DNA from: Antedon mediterranea
Taxonomy: Eukaryota; Animalia; Echinodermata
Reading direction: 5' to 3'
Assembly (NCBI RefSeq): GCF_964355755.1
Contig: NC_092673.1
Coordinates: 28,455,648 to 28,519,647, forward strand
DNA length: 64,000 bases
Below are positions 39,998-54,790 of the stretch, piece after piece. Position numbers and translations under genes: made by a program. Position 1 is the stretch's first letter. Each line of letters begins with the position of its first letter. The notes under the pieces were generated by a model. The model was not told the origin of the DNA. It ran no database searches and saw only the letters and a program-made list of their open reading frames with translations.

Positions 39998-40744
39998 TAA
40001 TATGTGTTTGTAAATATTAGCTACAGTATACAGTATAGGACCCATATTCAGCCTTTTGCTGTATTTGCAGTTGTACTTAAGGAGTTGAACACAGGTATTT
40101 CTTACCTTACCTTGCTTATATGTTGCCTGGACCCCACATTTTAAAGCTTAAGCTTCCAGTGGAGTACCCCTTTTCTCATTTATTATATATTATTTTAGAA
40201 AATGTTATCTGTACTTTGTTTTTATTTGAGAAATATATTATTATTGATTATTGATTATTATTGGTTATTGATTATTATTGATGATTAGCAGTATGTAGTT
40301 TCATTCAGTCAGATTCTATGTGGCATATTAATGTTAAACAGCCGCATTTAATTAATTTTATGAAAACATGTTGCGTCTCTCTTTATTTATTCTACCATAC
40401 TTAACGATACTGTTCGTAAGTTTGACAATTTTTTATACATAAAATCCGGTGACATTTCTCTCTTCTTTTATTTTTGGCACTAAAAGTTCAGTAAGCATAA
40501 AATTGTATCTGGGTTATAATTGAATGATTCATTGGATTCAGTAAAAACCTGTTTACAGCAGTCGTCTTCTGTCTCATCAAATCTAAGTAAATATTGAGTT
40601 AATAATAAACAACATATGCTAGTACCTAGTTATGATGCAAAAGTTAAGCTCCAGGCCTGCAACAAAAGGTCATAATGTCGAGCTGATCAACGATACTCAT
40701 TTAATTAACAATTTTTTTATTTTTGCTGTTCTCAACAAAGTCCT

Positions 40745-40830
40745 GTAGTGGAGTTGTGTAGCTTGGTGGTTGACGTCCTAATTGCCTTCCAATCCCAAGG
40801 TCCAGGGTTCGATCATAAACAGTACTGGTA
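40745..40830 (+). mobile_element. tRNA-derived SINE head (family C)
   Basis: tagcttggtgg ... ttgccttccaatcccaaggtccagggttcgatc. Confidence 0.7.
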
Positions 40831-43800
40831 CATTCTACATACAGACATTATGCAATATTACGATGTGGTCACCTTTACTGTTACTTAACTTTGAATATAT
40901 TTTGAGAAGCTTACTTTGTTATGATTACATTGGTCGAGTAATTTACAGTTGATGGTTCGGATAATTATATGTGATAGTTTAATCTGAGTGTGACTGGCTG
41001 TGGCCGTGACGTCCATAAGCTATGACTACGATTTAAAAGCAGGTCATTAATTTGATCGCAGGTGAGATGGTATAATAACAGACAACATGCGGTGTACGAC
41101 TGCTTAGACATGTGCAATGTATACTGTATAAATACAACACATGACTATATTTAGCATTGGTAAAGTGCGAAACGGCCTTCCTTAAATCAAAATGTAGATG
41201 AAAAGTGTGTTAATTATGCTGCAATACATTGATGTAAATATGTATTTGTTTTTTAATTTTTTATGTCAAAACTGTTATTTAATTTTTGTATTCACTGGCT
41301 GTGTTTTATGATTCAGGAATCCCTATCCCTCTTTATCATTATTAGGAAAATTTCAAGTAACTTCTGAAATCTTCTGATTTTCTTTGACAGCACCATAGTA
41401 ATAGTGATATAAAAATGGAACGATTAATTGATAGTAGGCATATAGTGAGAGATTATTGAGAGGGTTTGGTTAGTTAATATTTAGAAGTTAGGTGCTATGG
41501 TATGGCCTGTTGCGTCAGCAAACACGGCAATGCAGTATGTTGAACGCCTGCTCCCAAATTTCATTTAACTTAAGTGTTAATGTTAGTAGAGCCATTTACA
41601 TTTATTGGTTCTGTGGTGTTACTGTTTGAATTGATGTCGGTAAAAGGTCTATAGGTGTATTGTATCTTATTCATTTGTTATGTATTTCATGGGAGAGCAT
41701 TTCTTAGTTACGGTTGAGGGGTTATACTTGACTTGTGAACTTAAAGACCCCAGCACATTTAAGTATTTATACCATGGCCTACACGCCTCCTCAGCTTGGT
41801 ATACATTGGGGAGTTGAAGTGGAGGTAAAAGCCATTACCTGATAATTTGTAAGATATGTTCCTGCTCAATTGCATGTAGTTTAAGACATCATCGTAAACT
41901 TCATACAGCCATGGAAGAACTAATGCCATGATACAGCCATGGAGGTTGTGGTACAACATAGGATTTACTGATGTTTTTTTAAGTGTGTATTGCTAGCTAA
42001 TGGGAGCTAACTTAAACCGTGCCGTACAGAAACAATCTTCGTTCGATCCAATAACGCCTCAAGGTACATCTTCTATTTTTAAACTTTCATCTTTGATATA
42101 AACTAAATGTTTCCCGCTATGAGAAACAAATTTGTACTAGAGCTTTTATTAAATATGTTGTGTTTTAATCACCGCAAGATATTTTAGGTAATTAGTAAAG
42201 TGACTCGCAATTTGCTAATTTATTGCTATAGATTCATTATCATTTATAATGAGTCACTTTGTTTTGAGTTGAAGATTGATGCATATATGCATTTCCGTCG
42301 GCTAATTTTCTTTGATAATTTTCTTGATAAATTTAATAGCTAGTTTTCTTTAAATTATGTACAAGGTTAAAATAATAAACCCAGTTTTATCTGCACATCA
42401 TTTCAGGTTGTTATCAATATTAAAATGTACATGTATTTCTTTTTTAATAAACAAATAGATTATTTTAGACCTTATTTTATTTTTTAACAAACTAGTTTAT
42501 CATTATGTTTGTGTAGTATCATGTACTGTATGTTATATTGTGGAAATAGATTGTAATTCAATGAATTGAATTAATGTTTTTATAGTTTTTAAACTGCTGT
42601 TAATTGGAAATAAAAAGGTTATTATATTTATTTGTTATTTTATTTTTTAATATTTAGTATTTTTATTTTATGTTCCGACATAAATGTAGGTTATTTTTGA
42701 CATCCTTTACTACATTGTGGGAAATAGGCATTTCCTTCTCAGGTCATGTATCCTCCAGTAATGGTTTAGAATCCTATTCTGAACTTTAGCTACAATTACA
42801 AATGATGTCTTTTAAAGTTATCATCATTGTATAAATTAGAGCAATTAGTGGTAAATCTTTTAATTATTTCGCGGTCATTTAATATATTAAATATTTTACT
42901 GTATAAGTAGACTAGACGTTTCACTTGGCCTTGGCATTTGTTGTGTTCGTATTTCCTGTATAATAATAATTCAAATGCAAATTACTAAATTTACAAATGC
43001 TGTTATATAATCTAGATTGTGTATTCAGAAATGTGGAGTTTTGAATGGGTTATAACGCCAAGTGGCTCACATCAATATATGAAGGTTAAATTACCATTAT
43101 ATAATAGCCATATAAATTTAGATGCCGCTGATTTCGAACATCCATTCAACTAGTGCGAGGAAATAATCAACATTTTATAAATTAGCCAACTAGATCGCTA
43201 ATCACTTAGCGATTTTGAATTTCACATTCGAGCAAAAGCGAAACGAGTACATGATGTATACCGTAACACAGCTGTATTGAAGAATTTAGCTTAGCTCCAA
43301 CTAAGTTGATGGTTTTGTTTACTAGTTTATTTTAGCATGATCTATATTCTTCTTTCCCCGAGGCATTGCACTTGGCGGCTGTACCGTCCTGCATGGCAAG
43401 CCGACTGAAGGAGGCTTTACCGTCTTTGATTTCTACTTCCTATGATAATAGTGGCTGACATCCAAGTGCTTGACAGGACTATCGTTCCTTAACCATACGT
43501 ATTACAGGCACATATTATTTTCTTTACAGTAGACCGCATACCAGATCTATTATCATACTCAGTCGCCCCTACCGCTTATAATTTGAACAATGATCTCCTC
43601 TTCCTATTTCAAAATTCTTGGTGTGCCATTGGAGAGTAATTAATATCAACAAAAGGACTTGATGCATTGTATCTCATCCTCTACGTCCTCTACGGTCCTC
43701 TAGGTCGTAGGATAATTATTACTACCAAAACTAAATAGTAATTGATAACATTTGTTTTTTCACCATCATAAAAAAACTAACCCATGTGATATTTATATTT

Positions 43801-46800
43801 GTAAACAACATTTTAAACAGAATTAGAATGAGAAAAAGCAACCTCAACTGAGATTCAAATCAATTAATTGTTTTCTAGTAGTTTAAAATTTCTTCTATAC
43901 CTGTCAAATTCGTAAATATATTGTGTGTTTGTATGAATTAAAAAGTTATGGATGTTTTTTTCCTCCAAGGAAATTCAAAGTAGGCGTTTCTCGTTTGTAT
44001 GAGTCATTAAGAAAAATGTTGAACATCATTTTTTGTGACAATATCTTAGAATCGGACAGCATCTCATTAGAAAACATAAACAGAAAAGAAATATGAAACT
44101 GCTAAAATAGCAAATGAGTATATTAATACGCAGTTAGCCCCAATTTGTTTTGTCGGTTTGCATAGACCACGGCTGGTATATGGCGGTGACCCCAGAGCTG
44201 TCGCCTACTATCAGGATTAAGGAGATTAACAGCATTCCCATGGGATTAAGTAGGATGTAATTGCTTTGCGGTCACCAAAGGTATAATGAATCTAAAATAA
44301 CTGGCAAGAGTGATTTTTATGAGTGACATAGTTAAAGAGGGCAATGCCTAGTCACCGGCGGGCGTTGGGTGTGTACGCAATAAACGAAGGTTTTATTTAG
44401 CCTTGCAACTTGTAGATACGACACTAGTTAAATCTGATTGGTTGATTTTTGTCATGTGTTCTTCTATGATTTATTTTGATACATGCTAGTCGGATATTAA
44501 AGTATATAATGCTGAAAACTTTTTTTTTGGCTGGTGGTTGATATTTGATTTGATAATTTTATTGGATTTGTTTATCCCATTAGGTAAGTTCAACTCTTTC
44601 AGAGAAAGTTTTTTTTTAAATAAAATCATATTAAATTACTTGAATTTTTAGAAAGGACGTATTATGTTTAGCTATTGTAAATTATAAATAAGTTAATTTC
44701 GTTTATATTACATTAAATTCATTTACCAAGTTTAATTAACTTGAGTTCATTCAGAAACAATTTCTACTTAACGGTGCAGGGTTTGTGATCGTAAATTCAT
44801 TCTCAACGTTCCATAACACTCCTATGCCGCATTAAAGTCATCAAGCAATGATTAAACGTTATGACAATCCATTACGGGTCTAACAAATGTTTAACATTAT
44901 TTTATTTATGTTCCACCTACACAAGTTTTGTCCTTATCCAGAAAAATATGGATTTAACTACAAGAGATCGATGCTTTATGTGTATTTGTTTAAAATTGGA
45001 TGTAAAGTAGGAACATGTAACAGAAATCTAGTACAGTACAAAACCTCCCTTAAGACACACATATTAAGAGAACATTAACACTATTTAGATGACATCCTTA
45101 TTATGAAGATACCCGATGTAAATAGGACACCCATAAGGTGACATTTGCCTGTTTAATTTAAACAACCGAAAATATATGTTTAATATTAATGGTCATTACC
45201 TCTTTTTTAAGAGACACATTGTTGGGCCTTAAAATGTGTCGTCTGTATGCAATTACAAATGTCCATCTTTTTTCATTTAGTAGAAGTCATAGAATCAGTG
45301 TATTATTTGTGTTATTGAGTCAGAATTGCAAGAGTCCACTAACATAATACATACTAAGTTGTATTTAATTTTTTCAGTCTTCTTTTCTGTAATGTATGTC
45401 CAATGTATAAACCAATAGTTACATACAATATATCATTATTAGTTAACTTCTTTCAGATGTATTTTGGATTTTAACTTGTGATAAAAAATACCTACCATAG
45501 CATAATATGCAGAAATTGTATACGTTATTTTCAACAGCATCTGCATCTCGTATCTTCTTTCCTTCAAATATATACACACAGACACTCGCAAGTCTAAGGT
45601 ATTCCCCCGAGGGGCGTGGAAGATGTGTCGTCTAATCAACTGGTAGTAATACGACACTGCTTAGTTTATTCTAAAAAGTGATTATAACAAAACAAATTGC
45701 TTGAAAAATGCGCTGTTAAAAGCATGAGTTATTAATGCGTTTACAAGTGAAATGAAGTTGATTGACCTCCTAATTTGAGGAGTTCCGATTTTGTGCAAGT
45801 CTGTAAATCAGGGGGTTTAAACAAACTCTTGTTTTCCTGATGCGTCTTAGTATAGTATAAGACTAAGCAGAAAAAGTGTTAGGAAAGAATAGGCCTCAGA
45901 CTAGGACAATTTGTTGGAAATTACGTAGCCAGCATCAGTAGTAGTAGATTTGTGTTTGTTGCTATTTTGTAAAATGTGATGACCGTAGGTTAAATAATTA
46001 GGTATGATCAATTTTAGTTTAAAAGTTTTGATAGACTTTACATAAAAATGCTTTATAGAGGGGGCTATATAACAATGCACAGTATGTTCTTTTATTCAAG
46101 TGAATAATAATGTATAAATGAGTAACTGTACCATGGTCACATGTTATTTGGTAAAAATCCTTGGTCTTTTTCTGCCAGTTGCCAAGTGGTTCAATGTCAT
46201 GGTCACTACTTGCTAGACATATCAATGCCATTTAATGAGCAAATATTTACTAAGTTTGAAACATACAAAAATGTTATTGTAAGGGCCCGTTGGAAAAAAA
46301 ATCATTAAAAAAAAAGTAGTAAAAACAATTATTAATAAAAATAAGAATTCCTTTGTACAGTAATTTCGATTTAAACGGCAAATGTGTAATTAAAATGTAG
46401 TTAACATTTAAAGACAACATTTAAATTACTAGTTTACTAAATAGAGAATTAACATTCATCACCCTTCGTCGCCCTCATCAAACAAGACATCGGGGTCAAC
46501 TGCAGGCGTCAAGGATACTAGGACTGAGTGTCGGATCTTAACTACTCAAACCCCAAGTGTACGGTTTGTCATTTCTGAAAACCGTCAAATCATGACTGCT
46601 TTCAAACTATCCTGAACAAGGTAACATTTAGATTCAGTCTGCTGCCCTCAATATTCACTGAACTTTTTCAAGCAATGATAGTTAAACATTTCTGTCTACT
46701 GCCATCTATGTTTGAAGAGTTTTTTTCTATTTTTCAACTTTTGATTTTACTTTTTAACTTTTTAGTTATTTTCAACACCAAAACATTTCATAAACAAAAT

Positions 46801-47629
46801 ATATAGAAAACCAGGCTTTGCTTTAACTCTAAAAGTCCAAATTTTTCTCCCTATAAATGGCATTTAAGAATATCTGAATTTCTGGAAAATCAGATGTCAG
46901 CCTAAGAAAGACCAATGTTGGGAAAGTTAAGACCTGTGTCATATTTCTAAATTTGTATTATTTAGTCAATGTAGAGTAATGCAGAAATTGCTTTTTTCTA
47001 TACATGCATGTTGCATTTGTGAGTATCATCATATATTAACTTTTTCATAACATAATTTTGAAATTTGTTCATCATTATACCAATTCATTTTATTAATGAA
47101 AATTATTTTGTTCCTCAAACATACAATTCATACAGTATTTCAAAAATTAGTATGTGTATGTGTTAATTATAAAGGGTAATTACACATTTCCACTTGACTT
47201 ATGCCATACTAGTAGTTCCCATAGACAGATCATTGATCAATGGACTGTACCATTATCCACATAGGGGAATAAATTATTGTTTTATATTTTGTGGGTGGAT
47301 AACAAATGGATTAATGAAGTAATGCAGTCAGTATGGAATAAAGACATTTTAAATCGAGCTTGTTGCAAATAACAGATTGTGTTTTGTAGATAATCACTTG
47401 GTGAATGGATATAAATTTAGGGTGTGGTGGCATATATAATTAGATACTAATAACTTGTTGACCTACTTATAATGTATTATTATTACAAAAATTAATTAAT
47501 TTCTACCTGGATGCATAAATTGTGAATTAACGGCAGATAAAAAAAATTCATTAGCATATGTCCATTACTTTGATTTTCCAGCCAATTCGTGATATGGTTA
47601 TTTAAATGTGTTCAGATTCTGTTATGCCC

Positions 47630-47724
47630 ATGACAACAAAATGTGATGTACCCATATACGGACATGATAATGTCATATCACTACCATATTTGAGCATATT
47701 ACTACCATATTTGGGCACATTATA
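47630..47724 (-). mobile_element. Internal fragment of MITE family B
   Basis: tgtgatgtacccatata...atcactaccatatttg repeats. Confidence 0.7.
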
Positions 47725-50333
47725 CCTTTTATACCCTAACTTCATATGAGATGCTGTATTATAAATTTACATATGATACTGTACAAATACTGTACAAATG
47801 TGGAGATACGGCACTGAGAATAGGGTAGGTTTGCAGGGTGCTACTAATATCCCTACACCTAAGTAGCCTAGCACAGCGTGTTGGATAGCGTGCACCCTGG
47901 TCTGTTTTGCTATTAGTATTTTGAAAGCGCTATACGTAGAGGGATTAATCACTTTTTGTAAACATCATGTACACAAAGATGGTTTTTAAATGTAACTAAT
48001 AACGGCCATATTGTGTTTAAATGCCTTTTTATCTCATCTGAGTTCATAACATTATGCATATAGTAGCAAATGTACATTTAAAGTGTGAATAGGATATGTG
48101 TCAAATGTATTAAGAAATGTAATAACGTTGGTTTATTATTCATTATATAAAATATTTTAAATCAATATTTAGAAAAAAAAGCGCATAGTATAAGCAGAGA
48201 ACATAAAAAAACTTAAATTTCAACATATTTCATGTTTGCAAGATATCAAACATTTTAGATATCAAATTTTGATTTATTTTGAAAATGAAGCATAATTTAG
48301 AAATAAAAATCTGGTGATGATATTTGATACTACTGTGATAAATCATAATCATATTAAATATCATTTCTTATTCTTTTAAACTTTATGTTACATTCAAATT
48401 ATTCTAAAAATGGAATTATTTTCAGCATTAAAATTTCAGGGAAATAGAATTCCTTAAAATGTTGGACATATATCTTGATATTTGATATCGTTGCAATATT
48501 TCAATATTTTAGTATGACATTCAATGAATGCAACATGACGGATAATGAAATGGTTTTTACAAAATTGTTTTGCAAAATGTATTTTCAATTTAAATGGAAT
48601 TCAGAGACATACAATTCAAGATAAATCCAATATGCTCTGTGAGATATCTGATACCGTTGTGATATTAAGGTTTTATCCTATTATTACTTTGATTGAAGGG
48701 AGGGGTGGTTGTATTTATTGGCGTGAGTCATCTTGTGCGTTATTTACTTTACTTAGCTTCGTCTTATTACAGTCTATACACACCTGCTTGTTTCCAAATC
48801 CATACACTTAAGTAAGCAGTCAACTAGTTTACTTAAATTTCATACTATGTTTTGTTTACCACTTTTCAGGTTTAAACGCATGTTCTCAAATTTGGTTTAA
48901 AAATAATAATTGTTCAAAAGAGCTTGTAAATCAACTTTATTTTTGAAAAATGTTTTTAATATCGACCAATTGGAAATAAGGATAACATGGTCGATTATCA
49001 ATTCAACAAAATTAGAAATATGTATATGAAACTCCCGGTATTCAAACAGAAATACAGATAAATTAAAAATTCATTTATGAAATGTAAACTATTACTTGAT
49101 TTGCTTTAAAAAAAAAAAAAAAAAAAACCCCACAAAAACTTACTGTAGAATAAACAATATTTTATTTCAATTTCCACAAAATATAGCAACATATGCATAT
49201 AGCAACATATGCGCTTTGATCATTTTACATTAATTTGGAATAGCACTATATAAATATAATAATAATAATAATAATAAACTACATTATAGTAATAAAACAA
49301 GAAGTATTTCTTACAAAAAACGCTGCTCGCTTATTGACGTAACAGTTTTAATGATATATTGTCCCTCTGAAAAATATTTTTTATTTCAATTTTGTTTTTA
49401 AATGTAAAAAAAACAACAAACAAAACAAAAGCGATTGTACTACTATACACAAAACTAAAAGTTCAGCCTATTTATTTTCTCTGCTCTCTTATTTACGTTC
49501 ATTATACTTTATTGCATGAATTTGATCTATTGCTTTCATTAAAAAATAACATGATGCATTGTATCACATGTTTTGAAGGAATATGACAATCATGTGCATA
49601 TCCTCAATATAAAACAATAATTATAATTTTAAAATATCAAAACATGTTTCGGAAATTTAATAAAAAGAATAAATACAGATACTGTTGAGACAGAAACCAA
49701 AACTATGCCAGCTATGTGGAATCAATTAGTGCTGTGTGAATCACCCCTATTGTGATAATGGTTGAGTCGTAGGAAGAGGTCTTTCAGATCAAAGGCAGTG
49801 TAATAACCCACCTATTCTCTAGCGATAGCCTGTCAATATATTCATTCATTTTTTCTGCTCTGAAGAACAAGAGTACTTCAAAACACAAAACCTCATCATG
49901 TTAACTGACTGATGCTTGTCTATGCTTTTATGTCTACTGTGTTGTGTGATTAGTTGGATTGACTTTGAGCTATGGACTATATGAATGCTAGGTGTCATCG
50001 ATATCTATTAACCTACAGGCTTAGCCCAGGGGCGGTTTAGCACAGGTAAGCTCTTGGATCCATTTCTCACTCATTCAGAAAAACAACAACACTATTCAAA
50101 AAGTATCAACATTGCAAGTGGCAAGTGTGCAGGCCTACCACAAGACCTAGGTGAACTATATTGGAATTTGTTACTGATAAGCACAAACATTATTCAAATG
50201 ATACAGGTAGGCGGCCTAGACTTTTGATAAGGACGTTACAAAGTTATCCAGAACTGAACGCTATTAGGATTATATATATGGAATCTTTACGTAATATTTG
50301 CACAATTTTGTATTGTAAAACAAGAATTGTAAA

Positions 50334-50775
50334 ATGTTTAAATCAAGTCTAAGACGGTCGCGTCGTAGCCATTCACAACCGCGAGAGCAAGGGAACCAAG
50401 GTAGCGGAGATGAGAATGAAGGAACTCGTTTAACTCGGAATAGGTCGTGGCGTATCACAAGACCGAAAGAAGAAAACCGTCAACCTACGTATTTTATAGG
50501 CTCATCCGATGACGAAGAACATGTTGAAAAAAAACGCAAAGCATCAACTCTATCGCATATCGACTCGAAAAGAGTTGGTTGCGAGGAATTTGAGAATAGA
50601 GGGCGAAGAAAAAGTGTAACCCAAAGATTACGATCAAGCTTCAGGCGGTCACGTAAACGAAAGGATACTTCAAATGATGACCAGGATGATAAAGTGTTTT
50701 TGCGGGTCCGTAGACGAGCATCGTCCGAACCCCCTAAAGCGCGCCATCAACTTAGACAATCACGAAGTGTACCAG
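50334..50775 (+). CDS. Probable first coding exon of a host gene; basic, Ser/Arg-rich disordered N-terminus (147 codons, phase-1 donor)
   Basis: aaaATG start; long open frame with GC/CpG content well above the flanks; natural-looking composition (RRSHSQP, KRKAS, RRKSV, RRRASSEP); CAG|GTAGG donor at 50776, where the composition reverts to AT-rich. Gene identity not recognised. Confidence 0.7.
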
Positions 50776-51121
50776 GTAGGATATTTATTATTACTGTATG
50801 TTATGTTTAGAGTTTGTATGTGCTAGTACAATAAACATAGCATACAACGTGAATGAAAATGTTTTGAATGTTCAAACAATCTTGTGAATAACTTGCATAG
50901 CATCATGTACCTCAATTCTATTTTTATTTGACAGTAAATCATGTTAAAATGTTTATAGGTAAGGTACAAATAAATTGTTGAATCTGAAAGAGAATTTTAT
51001 TAGTATCTTAATGGTTTAAAAAAGGCATATTAATTGACACTTCACTTGTATCCGGTTTATAATGAGGATAATGATGATAATGTACTGCCCATCTTCCTAA
51101 TTAAGCTGGTGAAATTGATCA

Positions 51122-51663
51122 ATGTATTGTCCCTTGAAACACAAAAAAATGAAGGTCAAAATATTCTAAATTTAAAGTGGCCATATCAAAGTAATATTAA
51201 AGTTTTTCACTTTAAGTCGAAAATTCGAGCCAAAAACAACAAGTTTACGTAATTAACAGGTAAATTAGTTTGATTACATTTCATCTGGAAAATCGTCACG
51301 AGCGAAAGTAAACAAAGATTTCAAACCATGAGTATGCATATGCTAAATTAGGATTGTTTACAACTCGTCACGGTTAAGAAGGTATTTTCACACAGATCAT
51401 GAGGAAGTTTTATGATTATGCATACAGAGTAGCCAAACAAGCGCGTTTCATTATGGGATATGTTTTGATTGAAAACTTTGACTGGAAGTCAAAGTTATTT
51501 TTGTAACAAAAAAACGTATGTATTTCAGTTAATTTTTTTTTTTTTTGAAAAATTTTTGGTGATAGTTAATAACTATTATGATACTTCAAAATGACCCACC
51601 TTTTTTCGAAATCTTTTATTTTTTATTTTTTGGGAATTAGTCAAAGGGACAATACATCTTTAA
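51122..51663. mobile_element. Non-autonomous TIR element, Kolobok-like
   Basis: Inverted atgtattgtccctt (51122-51135) / aagggacaatacat followed by ctTTAA. The left outer end is degenerate. Confidence 0.6.
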
Positions 51664-53484
51664 TCTATTTCTGATTGGAATAGAATGTGACCAAATCTCA
51701 ATTCCCCGTCACCTATCCTATCGTTCTCTATTATAAGAAGATGATTTCCTATTCCACATAATATAGTAATGATAAAACAATACAGGATGAAAAAAGCTTT
51801 TATATCCATACTAAGTATGGTGGTCTAGTGGTAAGGGTGTGTGCATATTAAACCGAGGATGCTCAGTTCGAGCGTCAGTTGTGCCAATTATGTTGTTGTC
51901 TTTACTGTTTCATATTGATCATTTAATGTAGCGTTTATCGTCAAAAAGTACAAAGTTCTATCTGCTTTGCAATGATGCTTGATGAATGTGTAGGTCAAAG
52001 GTTGATAATTTGGATTACAAATATTAAACAGAAGTTTATTTATAATTAAACAGAATGTTTATTCATCTACTAATTTGTAGATTTTCCTTTCAAACTATCT
52101 GTTTTTTCTGTTAAAGCTGTTTAAATTAAACAACACTATATATTCATATGGAACTTAGTTCCTTTTTCCCTCGATATGGATGCCTGGATGCGATAAAGTT
52201 ATCTATGTTTTGTAGCAGACAGATTGACGGAGAGATATTAAACAAATGCTTGAGCTATTAGGATCGCGTAGTATATCAAATAATACGACGGTTTATATGA
52301 ATTCCGTCATGATGATAGGAAAGTAAATCATGAGCAAATGTCAAAATGTTAGAAATATCGAATAATAAAACGATTCTACAGTATGCCGTTTGAATGATAA
52401 TATTTTATAGAAACAGTGGTGTTAAAGTATCAAAATAATTAATTAATATTGTATGTTTGTTGAATGATTATACTAGATGAAATATCTATTCTATAAATGT
52501 TAATGATGTAACTGTATCATATCCTTAATATAAAACAATAATTATAATTTAAAAGGTATCAAAACGTGTTTCAGAAATTTAATAAAAAGAATGAAATGTT
52601 AATGTTATCAGTCGTAGAAGACTAGTGTCCATATTGCAACAAAACATTCACCCCATCCCCTACCCCTTAAATGCATTTCTAACCTGTGTTTAGTATGTTT
52701 AATATATTGTAGGTTTCTCTTTTTTCCAAAATATGAGGTATTGCAATGCTGTAAATGTTCAAATACTTCATTCAGTATACTATTTGCTGATTAATATTAT
52801 TAAAATTTAAAATAAAGTGAACCGGATACTTAAATTCAAATTAGGATTTCCTTTTTCCACTGCTATTTCCTCTTTTAGCCGATATTTCTGGTAATTTTAA
52901 AATAATAATTACGCAAAGTGTTGTGTTTATAAACAAAAGATGTTTAAAAAATAATATTTCATCCATATGACAGAATTAGGATTATAAGCCCATCAGTGTC
53001 AAGGATGCAACGGCATTTACTATTTAAACAATAGCGTTTATCTATTAAAATGATTGAAAACAATTCATGTTTAATAAAAGTTCATATTTTTATAATTTAA
53101 GCATAGAATAAGATTTAGCATCTGGTTTTTTTTTTCAACCGGAATCTCTTTAAAATTATTTTCTGGAAAATTGTTGCTACTATGTATATATAGTATAGTT
53201 TGCTTTACAATCTGAAGTGTGTGTTGAAGTATAATAATATTATATTTTTATTTCCCTTAAACTGTAATAATTTGTTTTGGTTAATTATTTATTAGTCATT
53301 GTAGTGCTGTTATGATCTGAACTGTTAAGTTTTCAAGCAATGTTTTATTTATTTAGTCTGGAGATTGTTAACATAATGGTGGTTGGTCTTTGGATAGACT
53401 TTGAACGTTTGTTCAGAATAGAGATTACTGCATTACCTGCCTACTTCTAGCTACTGTTTACTTTCTTTACTACCATTTCCGCCA

Positions 53485-53507
53485 TGTGTGTGTGTGTGTG
53501 TGTGTGT
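53485..53507. repeat. (TG)n microsatellite
   Basis: About 11 consecutive TG units. Confidence 0.95.
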
Positions 53508-53615
53508 ATCATATCTACATGTGGCAAGAGGCTATGTTTTGGTTTCAATATATTTTTTTTTGTATTTTTGTATTTCTTGATCTGTAATGAAAGTTAATCC
53601 CAGTGTCGAATCTAA

Positions 53616-53746
53616 AGCTCTGTCTACGCAACAAACTAAAGTAGTGTGATGTGCCTAAATATGGTAGTAATATACCCAAATATGGTAGTGATATGACATC
53701 ATCATGTTCATGTTTAGGCACATCACTTTTTTTTTTTCACAGAGCT
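53616..53746 (+). mobile_element. Harbinger-like MITE, family B
   Basis: agctctgtctac ... acagagct with a TAA/TAA duplication. Confidence 0.85.
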
Positions 53747-54670
53747 TAAGATTTTGAACTAAGTGGTGCCCAGGTCCTATAATATTGTTAAATGAAGTTA
53801 AACCTAATGTCCTATCTTTGCATTGTAAATTTCAATATAATATCACTTTCCAATAGATAAATAATTTATATATATTTTTTAAATATAGCCAATATTAAAT
53901 AAATTAAATTACTGTTTTTACCAAATGATTTATGAACACAAACCGTACTTACACTTGTTATAGTTTGTTACAAGACAATTTTATAATTTTTTGAGCAACA
54001 CTATTTTAAAAATTTAATTTTGGATAGAAACTGACAAAATGAGTCACGCCGTCAAGGAACTATTAATGAACACTCAGTCATGTGCTAACCATGATTCATG
54101 TTATCATAAACGTAGACTTGTTTTACAAAGACATTGTTACATGACAGCCATGTTGAAAGTTAATAAATTTCAATTACAGAAATATAATTCATTTTGTTAG
54201 TGATGCTTTCTGTCAAGGATGGGGAATGATAAACTACCTTTTCTGGTTTTTAAACTTAATTTAATTCTATCAATTGATTATTTTCAAAATAGTTTCTGTA
54301 GCATGAATTTAATTTTGGTTAAGGTGAGTGAAAGAACCCATTTTCAATTTTTTCTATCTGGAGCTTGTTTTTTGGTCTTTCATCCATCCAACTTAACTTC
54401 AACATAGCATCTACTCAAGACACCTTTTGGTATTAATTGAAAGTGCTGTTGTTTTCCCCACTCGCCTGTAAATGTTTGACACCCACTTAGCTACATTGTG
54501 TAGTTTTATGTCTTGAACTCTTCCTACAACTGTTGCATATAAGATTGTGAACTTAACCATGGAGGTTTAAAATTAGATAACTGCAAGACTTAACTATGTT
54601 GAGATGCTCGTACCCAAATTTTAATACCACGTAAGACGAATGACATTTCTTAGCTCAACATCCAATGTAA

Positions 54671-54790
54671 AGCTCTGTTGACAACAAAAATATGGCAGTG
54701 ATAGGCTTAAATATGGTAGTGATATGACATCATATCCATATATGGGCACATCACATTTTTTTTGTCACATAAGTTTGATAGTGTACACAT
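54671..54790 (+). mobile_element. Harbinger-like MITE, family B (degenerate right end)
   Basis: taa-agctctgt ... gggcacatcacatttttttgtcacataagtttgatagtgta. Confidence 0.8.
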
